Part shown: one piece after another, positions 37,148-48,424 of the stretch
Numbering within the stretch: position 1 is the first letter of the stretch
Layout: each line of letters begins with the position of its first letter
Assembly: GCA_044892525.1 (NCBI GenBank)
Contig: CM097886.1
Span: 24,862,001-24,926,000, forward strand
DNA from: Schmidtea polychroa
Taxonomy: Eukaryota
Reading direction: 5' to 3'
DNA: 64,000 nucleotides
Translations under genes and position numbers: made by a program
Notes under the pieces: generated by a model
The model's input: only the letters and a program-made list of their open reading frames with translations
Database searches by the model: none
Told to the model about the DNA's origin: nothing

Positions 37148-40100
37148 AGTAGTATGTAGTAAGGACTCCAGGACACTTTCAAGGTCATGGAATATCAAGA
37201 TCAAATATAGGTCAATTGAATCATTATTATTATTATTATTTATTTTTTTTTAAATTAACATTTTATTTAATTACTTCTTTTTAATTTTTTCTTTATAATT
37301 TTTATAATTAATTATTTTATGATGTTATATTTTAATTACTTACTTTAGTTAATTTTTAATTTATTACATTTAATTAATTCATTAGTTTATTAATATTTTA
37401 TTTTAATTACCTTCGCTATTTAATTATTATTATTATTATTATTATTTTTTTTTAATTTTAATTTTATTTAATTACTTCTATTTATTTATTTTATTTTTTT
37501 TCTCTTTAATTTTATTAATTAATTATTTTATGATGTTATATTTTTAATTACTTACTTTAGTTAATTTTTAATTTATTACATTTAATTAATTAATTTGTTT
37601 TTTAATATTTTGTTTTAATTACTAACGTTATTTAATTATTATTATTATTATTTATTTTATTTATTTATTTATTTTTTTTTTAATTTTACATTTACATTAT
37701 ATTCTAACAAGAACGTAAATTATAACATTAATATTTCAATTTGAATAAAATTTTAATTAGTAATTATTCAATTCGAATAAAATTTTAATTAGAAATTATT
37801 TAATTTATTATAAAATAAAACGATGATTTAATTTTTGATAAACCGGATATTAATATTTCGGAAAAAATAAATAAATAAATAAAATAAACACGAAAATAAT
37901 ATTTCTTACTTGAAACTAATTATCTAAAATAATTGGACAAATGAATTATTAAATGATAAAACATATTTTAATTAACGAAGACAAATTATTCACAATATAT
38001 ATTTTATTATTCACATAAATTTAATTGTTAAAGTGCTTGTTTCGATTTGCATTAATTTCTAGACATAGCAGTTGCAATATGCATTTGGCGAATCTTATAG
38101 TGACCGTAGGCATAACTTTCATTACAATTGTACCAATACCTTTTATCGTCCAAACATTGGAGAGCTCATTTTTCTGTCATGAAAGTATACAACTGATGAT
38201 TGACACTTCCTATTCTTTTTTGTGGGATGCTCACTGTTCCACCATCAGTATACACTTTTTTATAGGCTTCATGGGTGATATTAGAATTTGTAAGTCTTAT
38301 TCCTTTGGCTTTTAGAGTGTTTTTATCGCCTTGGAGTGAGTAGCACTTGGGTCGAAGAAACACCCATTCTTTATATTGATTTCCTTTATTCTCATCCTTA
38401 ACTTTCCCGATTACAGAACAAATTTTATCAGAGAACAACGGATCGGTCACTGGATAATTTGAAGTATCTAGGAGCCCATCTTCAATCATTTTTGGATATA
38501 GTTGTAAGCGTAAATCTACATTTTTACACTCTAAAAAGAAGGAATCTGTGTCACGGGCTACGATATTAATTTGACAATTGAATTCTTCTCTATAATTCTG
38601 TAGTTCTTTATATTGAAACTGGTACATGCGAAGTTTGGATAAATCAAGTACGGTTTGTCCAATATACATTGGTCTATCTAAACACACAATTTCCTTATTG
38701 AGTATAACAGCAATGAGATCATCCGCAATCTTGATGCTACGACGAAACATAGGATGACTACAATAAGTTATCAATCTTTTGCTTTTGTTGCGTTTCTTTT
38801 TATACGTTTCTTCAAGTTTTCCACAGTTTTACCATATAAACTGTTGTTCTTTAACTTATAATAATCTCGCTGAAACGAATCCGTACTAGCTGCTCTCATT
38901 TTGGTATTGTAATCAATATATCCTTTGAAAATAGCCACTTGCTTGAATTCTACAGCACGATTAACTTTTGTGACTTTTGCGGCGTAACTCAACCACTCTG
39001 TCAAAATTCTACCATTAACTACATAGTTTTTCTTAGGCTCATGAGTTAACAACAGCTTTTCAACTTTACTACCAAGTGGATAACAAAGCTCAGGAGCTAT
39101 AGGTAAATCATCTAGCTTATCTTGTATACTATCAGGAATGACGATGTCAACCTCTAGAACATATCCACGATCTCCATCAAACTCATCCCCATTTGCACAT
39201 CTTTCAACAATACCATTCATTTCAGTCTGATCATTTATCCATCTAAATTCACCAACAGGAAGTTTTTGCGACAGCGCCCATCCATATAAATTATTAACAT
39301 CTAGGTATGACATTTGTGTTGATTCATCAGCTTCAACATGATGTTTGTTGATAAATGTCATTCCACCACGAATACCAGCTTCAAATAAACGGTAAAGCTC
39401 TGGATTTTGAATAAGTTCTACCGGTTCAGGTAACTGTTTAATAGCTGATGCCCAACTTAATCCGGGTATGGAAACAAACGATAGAGCCTCAAGTCCATCT
39501 TCGTCAAATGTTTTTTCTCTGAAAGCTTCAAAAACATCGGCCAACAGAAAAACATCCAGCTTGAGATATACTAGCATGTAATCTAGCAGTGTCTCACAGT
39601 TGTATTGTTGCCAGATTCGATTTGCATGTATATAATCTTCTTCACTAACTCCCTCCCAAATCAGTGCTAATTCTGTTATTGACTGTAAAACATCCATTGA
39701 TGTAGCCATTTCATAAGGAAAAATGGTTTTACAAGTCATCATCTGTGATTCGAAAACATCTGAGGTCAGTGGAAGACATGGTAAATTTTTTGATAAATTT
39801 GCCAAGCTGCTATTTAAAAATTGTAAAAAATCAATGAATCTAATTCTTCTGCCTTTCGATGTCGCTGTAAGTGTGAGAAACCTTTCTGTTGATTGAGGAA
39901 TAACATTTAAATTCCAATCGGGGAATTTTCAATTGCATATTTTAATATATGATGAATGTCATATCCACGAAGATTGTGAAATACAACAGGTAAAGACGGA
40001 TTGATTCTTCTAGCCAAATTACAATCTTGACACGCTGCTCCGAGATATTGACCGGTAAAATGATCATGATCCCGAACAGGTATATTGATAATCTTTTTAC

Positions 40101-40785
40101 AAAAGTAGCAATGAGTTTGATTCGTAAATTCTTCCTGCTGTTCCCAAGTGAGTTCCATCATTTCCTTCGATCCATTAATTTTATACCACGGATAAACTAT
40201 GTCTGTAGCTATATCATCCAATGCTTGTATAAACTGAATGATACAGTTTTTCCCAACAAATGTTTCATTTCGAATCGGACAACCTTGATGAAGAAGCACA
40301 AATTCAGATGCAATCGGCTCATGTTTTTGGAAGTGCTTGTCATCTAGAGGTAATATTGATTCAAAATCCGCGTAGACAACAAACTGCTGTTTTATAGTTT
40401 TACTCCAGTCTTTAAATTCGATATATTTATTCTCTGGCATTGAGTATAGAGTCGTCTGCTCCACATTCTTCCTACAAAGACCTATATGTCTTTCAAAAGC
40501 AGGACGTTTTTGAAACCCATGAAGACACGTATGACACAAATGTGATTGGATTCTGACTCCTTCTACTCTATCTCTGTAATTGAGCAGTCGATCGAGATTA
40601 GTTACAGCCAAAAAATGATAATTTAATTCTAAAATTTAGTTAATATTTTTAATGATTAAAGGAAATATTACCTTCTTCAATCAATAAGAGATATAATTGA
40701 GATCCCGTCGAAGTACTTCTATATACCAAGTCAACGAACAGATTCTTGAAAATATCATTAGTTTTTTGTTTAATTGGATCTTTAT
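37148..40785. repeat. Left arm of the giant terminal inverted repeat (~3.64 kb)
   Basis: Reverse complement of 45691-49327, differing by scattered substitutions and 1-nt indels. Confidence 0.95.
37230..37680. repeat. Subterminal AT-rich tandem duplication (~211-bp period), mirrored in the right arm
   Basis: GATGTTATATTTTTAATTACTTACTTTAG recurs at 37321 and 37532. Confidence 0.75.
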
Positions 40786-41101
40786 TATATTTGAGAACAT
40801 TGATCGCTAGATTAGGATTCATTGCCTCAAATTGGGAAATGTTAACCAACTTCATTGGAAACCAATCTGATTTCCATTTTAACTCTAAATATATATATTT
40901 AGAATGATATAAATATATATTACCACTTAAATTATATTTCATTGCTCTTTCTCTGTGGTGTTTTATGTCATCATAATGTAATACGGCCAGTATGCTATAT
41001 AAAAAGTAGAATTGATCATTATTTTGAACATTAACTAAAGCCTGGCAGTTTTTCAGGTAATTTGGCGTTTTAATGTAACTTGAACCTAAGTAAATATCTT
41101 G

Positions 41102-41178
<77 letters not shown>

Positions 41179-42126
41179 GAAAATAAACTTACCAGATACA
41201 TGTATTATGTCTGCTAATTTAGTTAAAATCATAGTAACTTCTAATATTTTATGAATTCTCCACCCACTACTGTGTTGAGTGTATTTCTCCAACTTTTCTT
41301 TTAATTTTTCAATTCCATCATTAATAAATGAAGATGACATTGTAATTGCTTTATTCGACAAACGCCATTTTTTAATTTCACCATCCTCTTTGATAAACTC
41401 TGCACAAAGTCCAAATATGATTTTTACTGTACCCATTCGTTGAATATGATCTTCTATTTCTTTGATGAGACAATCTGGAACAACAATGTCAGGAGAATTA
41501 ATTGCAGATACATCGCTTGTCAATTCAACACGAGAACCATTTAAGTCTGACTCCCGACGTGGACACAATTGTATGTTAGAGTCTCCATTTCCGTAAAATA
41601 TTGACTTTCGTTTTGTGGTGCCAGAGTTTTGTCTAACTATATTTATAATTAATATTAAACAACTTAAATAACATAACTTGTAACATATTCTTTAATCTGC
41701 TTAGGATCGTATGATGTATTCATTTTCGATTGTACTATAAAAAACAATTAATAATTGTTAATAGTAGAAAGAGTATTACTTTTAGTGATCATCCTGCTCT
41801 TCGTTTCTTCGAATTTTCTAAGATGGTGTCCGTGTTGTCGTACAAACATTAACCACCTACCTGGTGATATAATGAGACATTCCGGACATATGTAACCCGA
41901 TAAGGTAGAGTCATTTATCTTGAAATATGATGATGTAACTGATTTACAGTTCTCCACATCTTCATGACTTTCGGCAATACAAAATTTATATAAACTGCAT
42001 CCGTTCACTAAAAGAAAATAATCATTAATATTAGATAGAGAATAAAAAAAATTATTCACTTATATAAGTTAAATTAAAAGTTTAAATGACAAACATTTGA
42101 AAAGTTACTGCTTATATATTACACAT
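38052..42126 (-). pseudogene. polB: Intron-containing protein-primed DNA polymerase B (~1230 aa if repaired). Exons 42126-42123 (tentative), 42007-41780, 41734-41678, 41636-41193, 41085-40924, 40884-40672, 40628-38052
   Basis: Motifs SSGWRIHKI, GSSYIKTP, NVQNNDQFYFLYSIL, ExoI VVYADFES, EndoVII-like VRDHDHFTGQYLGAACQDCNL, ExoII FHNLRGYD, ExoIII YLKLDVFLLADVFEAFRE, pol A YLDVNNLYGWALS, pol B KLKNNSLYGKT, pol C DTDS. Lesions: 1-nt deletion at ~39930, frameshift at ~38790, CGA>TGA at ~38167. Confidence 0.92.
41105..41176. repeat. (TA)n microsatellite inside a polB intron
   Basis: Lies within the GTAAGT...TTAG intron 41192-41086. Confidence 0.95.
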
Positions 42127-42319
42127 GATTAAATTCTGACCAATCAAAATCAAGGAAGGGGTAGGAAAAATAAATGCATTACGTTGCAGTATTTTAAAAC
42201 TTCAATATATTTTAAAACACATTTTGATGCTAAAGTTGACTTATTTAACATTTTCATAATAATTTAATAAAAATAATGTGATGAACCCACAAAGTAATAT
42301 CATTTTTCATCAAATTGCA

Positions 42320-42725
42320 AAACAGTAATAACGTTTTCAAAAAATTGTAACAAAGTAATAACATATTTCAGATAAATTTTCAACAGTTGTAAAATATTTA
42401 AGCAAATTATAACAAGATTAGAAAATATTACAACAAAGTTGTAAAATATTTATCAAATTGTAACTAAAATAATAAAAATATTGCAACAAAGTAATAAAAT
42501 AATGATGTTAATTGGGACAAATCAAGATTAGAAAATATTACTTCTAATATTATTTCGAAGACGGACAACAAATTAAAAAGAATATTGTAATAAATTGTGA
42601 AGTCTTTCAGTAAATTACAACAAAGTAATAACATATTTCGGAAATATTTCACCAGATGTAAAATATTTAAGCAAATTGTTATAAGATTATAAAAATATTG
42701 CAACAAAGTAATAAAATAATACAAC
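42320..42725. repeat. Degenerate ~25-bp tandem repeats upstream of polB
   Basis: Recurrent ACAAAGTAATAACATATTTC / TTGTAAAATATTTA units. Confidence 0.7.
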
Positions 42726-42740
42726 ATTTTAAACTCTAGA

Positions 42741-43490
42741 TCAATCCATTTTATAGAAAATTAAATTTTATCTCTATAATAAATGAATAAATATACAAGG
42801 AAATTACGTTAACGTATAATAAATATAAATTTATCGTAAAAACATGTGTGTATTACACACAAAACAAGATACATATTTTCTAATCAATCCATTTTATAGA
42901 AAATTAAATTTTATTTATATATTATATGAATAAATATCCAAGAAAATTACGTTAACTGTATGAAAAATACAAATTTATCGTAAAAACATGTGTGTATTAC
43001 ACACAACATACGAGACATAATTTTTAATCAAGCTATTTTATAGAAAATTAAATTTTATCTATATAATATATGAATAAATATCCAAGGAAATTACGTTAAC
43101 GTATAATAAATATAAATTTATCGTAAAAACATGTGTGTATTACACACAAAACAAGATACATAATTTCTAATCAATCCATTTTATAGAAAATTAAATTTTA
43201 TCTATATATTATATGAATAAAATTCTAAGAAAATTACGTTAACTGTATGAAAAATACAAATTTATCGTAAAAACATGTGTTTTACACACAAAGCGACAAA
43301 CTAAAATGTAATTGAGCCATTTTAGAGAAAATTAAATTTTATCTATATAATATATGAATAAAAATCCAAGAAAATTACGTTAACCGCGCGAAAAATACAA
43401 ATTTATCGTAGAAACATGTGTGTATTACACATTAAACACCAAACTAAAATTGTAATTGAGCCATGTTGTAGAGAATTAAATTCTGCCTAT
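42741..43490. repeat. ~143-bp tandem array (5 units plus a partial unit)
   Basis: Unit starts at 42741, 42884, 43028, 43171, 43312 and 43456. Confidence 0.9.
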
Positions 43491-43653
43491 ACATGGTTAC
43501 ACTTAAATCCCAATCGCACTTAGAGAAAAGAGACAGGGGTGAAAAAGAGAGAGAAAAAACAGTAGAGTAGGGTATTGTGTGGAGCCGGGTGAAACCTTTG
43601 CATAGATCTCTTCAAGACCTTTCGAATGATGTGAATAAAATATAATTAAATTT

Positions 43654-44912
43654 TAAAATACCGCAACGTAATATATTTAATAATTAAAATACCGCAACGT
43701 AATATATTTTATAATTAAAATACCGCAACGTAATATATCTAATAATTAAAATACAACAACGTAATATCTAATAATTAAAATACCGCAACGTAATATATTT
43801 AATAATTAAAATACCGCAACGTAATATATTTAATAATTAAAACACCGCAACGTAATATATTTAATAATTAAAATACCGCAACGTAATATATTTAATAATT
43901 AAAATACCACAACGTAATATATCTAATAATTAAAATACCACAACGTAATATATTTAATAATTAAAATACCGCAACGTAATATATTTAATAATTAAAATAC
44001 CGCAACGTAATATATTTAATAATTAAAATACCGCAACGTAATATATTTAATAATTAAAATACCGCAACGTAATATATTTTATAATTAAAATACCGCAACG
44101 TAATATATCTAATAATTAAAATACAACAACGTAATATATCTAATAATTAAAATACCGCAACGTAATATATTTTATAATTAAAATACCGCAACGTAATATA
44201 TCTAATAATTAAAATACAACAACGTAATATATCTAATAATTAAAATACCGCAACGTAATATATTTAATAATTAAAATACCGCAACGTAATATATTTAATA
44301 ATTAAAACACCGCAACGTAATATATTTAATAATTAAAATACCGCAACGTAATATATTTAATAATTAAAATACCGCAACGTAATATATTTAATAATTAAAA
44401 TACCGCAACGTAATATATTTAATAATTAAAATACCGCAACGTAATATATTTAATAATAAAATACCGCAACGTAATATATTTAATAATAAAATACCGCAAC
44501 GTAATATATTTAACAATTAAAATACCGCAACGTAATATATTTAATAATTAAAATACCGCAACGTAATATATTTAATAATTAAAATACCGCAACGTAATAT
44601 ATTTAATAATCAAAATACCGCAACGTAATATATTTAATAATTAAAATACCGCAACGTAATATATTTAATAATAAAATACCGCAACGTAATATATTTAACA
44701 ATTAAAATACCGCAACGTAATATATTTAATAATTAAAATACTGCAACGTAATATATTTAATAATTAAAATACCGCAACGTAATATATTTAATAATTAAAA
44801 TACCGCAACGTAATATATTTAATAATTAAAATACTGCAACGTAATATATTTAATAATTAAAATACCGCAACGTAATATATTTAATAATTAAAATACCGCA
44901 ACGTAATATATT
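43654..44912. repeat. 31-bp minisatellite, ~40 copies
   Basis: Consensus TAATTAAAATACCGCAACGTAATATATTTAA. Confidence 0.97.
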
Positions 44913-45073
44913 AAAAAAAATTTTTTTTTTAATTTTAAAAAAAAATTATTTTTTAAATTTTTTTAAAAATTTTTTTAAAAAAATATATTACGTTACAACT
45001 GTTGAAAATTTATCTGAAATATGTTATTACTGTGTTACAATTTTATGAAAACGTTATTACTGTTTATATATTG

Positions 45074-45681
45074 TTGATAATCTTTTTACAAAAGTAGCAA
45101 TGAGTTTGATTCGTAAATTCTTCCTGCTGTTCCCAAGTGAGTTCCATCATTTCCTTCGATCCATTAATTTTATACCACGGATAAACTATGTCTGTAGCTA
45201 TATCATCCAATGCTTGTATAAACTGAATGATACAGTTTTTCCCAACAAATGTTTCATTTCGAATCGGACAACTTTGATGAAGAAGCACAAATTCAGATGC
45301 AATCGGCTCATGTTTTTGGAAGTGCTTGTCATCTAGAGGTAATATTGATTCAAAATCCGCGTAGACAACAAACTGCTGTTTTATAGTTTTACTCCAGTCT
45401 TTAAATTCGATATATTTATTCTCTGGCATTGAGTATAGAGTCGTCTGCTCCACATTCTTCCTACAAAGACCTATATGTCTTTCAAAAGCAGGACGTTTTT
45501 GAAACCCATGAAGACACGTATGACACAAATGTGATTGGATTCTGACTTCTACTCTATCTCTGTAATTGAGCAGTCGATCGAGATTAGTTACAGCCAAAAA
45601 ATGATAATTTAATTCTAAAATTTAGTTAATATTTTTAATGATTAAAGGAAATATTACCTTCTTCAATCAATAAGAGATATA
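45074..45681 (-). pseudogene. polB: Third, internal polB fragment (direct copy of 40085-40695)
   Basis: Same sequence as the left arm except a 3-nt deletion (VEGVR>VEVR) and G>S. Forms a ~610-bp inverted repeat with 45781-46391. Confidence 0.93.
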
Positions 45682-45690
45682 GATCTAAAG

Positions 45691-48424
45691 ATAAAGATCC
45701 AATTAAACAAAAAACTAATGATATTTTCAAGAATCCGTTCGTTGACTTGGTATATAGAAGTACTTCGACGGGATCTCAATTATATCTCTTATTGATTGAA
45801 GAAGGTAATATTTCCTTTAATCATTAAAAATATTAACTAAATTTTAGAATTAAATTATCATTTTTTGGCTGTAACTAATCTCGATCGACTGCTCAATTAC
45901 AGAGATAGAGTAGAAGGAGTCAGAATCCAATCACATTTGTGTCATACGTGTCTTCATGGGTTTCAAAAACGTCCTGCTTTTGAAAGACATATAGGTCTTT
46001 GTAGGAAGAATGTGGAGCAGACGACTCTATACTCAATGCCAGAGAATAAATATATCGAATTTAAAGACTGGAGTAAAACTATAAAACAGCAGTTTGTTGT
46101 CTACGCGGATTTTGAATCAATATTACCTCTAGATGACAAGCACTTCCAAAAACATGAGCCGATTGCATCTGAATTTGTGCTTCTTCATCAAGGTTGTCCG
46201 ATTCGAAATGAAACATTTGTTGGGAAAAACTGTATCATTCAGTTTATACAAGCATTGGATGATATAGCTACAGACATAGTTTATCCGTGGTATAAAATTA
46301 ATGGATCGAAGGAAATGATGGAACTCACTTGGGAACAGCAGGAAGAATTTACGAATCAAACTCATTGCTACTTTTGTAAAAAGATTATCAATATACCTGT
46401 TCGGGATCATGATCATTTTACCGGTCAATATCTCGGAGCAGCGTGTCAAGATTGTAATTTGGCTAGAAGAATCAATCCGTCTTTACCTGTTGTATTTCAC
46501 AATCTTCGTGGATATGACATTCATCATATATTAAAATATGCAATTGGAAAATTCCCCGATTGGAATTTAAATGTTATTCCTCAATCAACAGAAAAGTTTC
46601 TCACACTTACAGCGACATCGAAAGGCAGAAGAATTAGATTCATTGATTTTTTACAATTTTTAAATAGCAGCTTGGCAAATTTATCAAAAAATTTACCATG
46701 TCTTCCACTGACCTCAGATGTTTTCGAATCACAGATGATGACTTGTAAAACCATTTTTCCTTATGAAATGGCTACATCAATGGATGTTTTACAGTCAATA
46801 ACAGAATTACCACTGATTTGGGAGGGAGTTAGTCAAGAAGATTATATACATGCAAATCGAATCTGGCAACAATACAACTGTGAGACACTGCTAGATTACA
46901 TGCTAGTATATCTCAAGCTGGATGTTTTCTGTTGGCCGATGTTTTTGAAGCTTTCAGAGAAAAAACATTTGACGAAGATGGACTTGAGGCTCTATCGTTT
47001 GTTTCCATACCCGGATTAAGTTGGGCATCAGCTATTAAACAGTTACCTGAACCGGTAGAACTTATTCAAAATCCAGAGCTTTACCGTTTATTTGAAGCTG
47101 GTATTCGTGGTGGAATGACATTTATCAACAAACATCATGTTGAAGCTGATGAATCAACACAAATGTCATACCTAGATGTTAATAATTTATATGGATGGGC
47201 GCTGTCGCAAAAACTTCCTGTTGGTGAATTTAGATGGATAAATGATCAGACTGAAATGAATGGTATTGTTGAAAGATGTGCAAATGGGGATGAGTTTGAT
47301 GGAGATCGTGGATATGTTCTAGAGGTTGACATCGTCATTCCTGATAGTATACAAGATAAGCTAGATGATTTACCTATAGCTCCTGAGCTTTGTTATCCAC
47401 CTGGTAGTAAAGTTGAAAAGCTGTTGTTAACTCATGAGCCTAAGAAAAACTATGTAGTTAATGGTAGAATTTTGACAGAGTGGTTGAGTTACGGCGCAAA
47501 AGTCACAAAAGTTAATCGTGCTGTAGAATTCAAGCAAGTGGCTATTTTCAACGGATATATTGATTACAATACCAAAATGAGAGCAGCTAGTACGGATTCG
47601 TTTCAGCGAGATTATTATAAGTTAAAGAACAACAGTTTATATGGTAAAACTGTGGAAAACTTGAAGAAACGTATAAAAAGAAATGCAACAAAAGCAAAAG
47701 ATTGATAACTTATTGTAGTCATCCTATGTTTCGTCGTAGCATCAAGATTGCGGATGATCTCACTGCTGTTATACTCAATAAGGAAATTGTGTGTTTTGAT
47801 AGACCAATGTATATTGGACAAACCGTACTTGATTTATCCAAACTTCGCATGTACCAGTTTCAATATAAAGAACTACAGAGTTATAGAGAAGAATTCAATT
47901 GTCAAATTAATATCGTAGCCCGTGACACAGATTCCTTCTTTTTAGAGTGTAAAAATGTAGATTTACGCTTACAACTATATCCAAAAATGATTGAAGATGG
48001 GCTCCTAGATACTTCAAATTATCCAGTGACCGATCCGTTGTTCTCTGATAAAATTTGTTCTGTAATCGGGAAAGTTAAGGATGAGAATAAAGGAAATCAA
48101 TATAAAGAATGGGTGTTTCTTCGACCCAAGTGCTACTCACTCCAAGGCGATAAAAACACTCTAAAAGCCAAAGGAATAAGACTTACAAATTCTAATATCA
48201 CCCATGAAGCCTATAAAAAAGTGTATACTGATGGTGGAACAGTGAGCATCCCACAAAAAAGAATAGGAAGTGTCAATCATCAGTTGTATACTTTCATGAC
48301 AGAAAAACGAGCTCTCCAATGTTTGGACGATAAAAGGTATTGGTACAATTGTAATGAAAGTTATGCCTACGGTCACTATAAGATTCGCCAAATGCATATT
48401 GCAACTGCTATGTCTAGAAATTAA
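45691..48424 (+). pseudogene. polB: 5'-truncated polB copy in the right arm
   Basis: ORFs 45865-47019, 46932-47705 and 47702-48424. Retains the 43-nt intron (45805-45847); has a private 1-nt deletion at ~46928 and the shared frameshift at ~47675. Confidence 0.93.

Noticed and set aside
41104-41192. C-terminal (YI)n tract of ORF 41104-41568
   Set aside because: It is a (TA)n microsatellite inside an intron.
42464-42727. Leu-rich 87-aa ORF
   Set aside because: Arises from degenerate tandem repeats.
43654-44912. 31-bp array as a CRISPR array
   Set aside because: Units are head-to-tail with no unique spacers, there are no cas genes, and the context is eukaryotic.
47660-47705. Programmed -1 frameshift in polB
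   Set aside because: No canonical X XXY YYZ heptamer, and the linker looks shortened relative to typical pPolBs, which fits a small deletion better.
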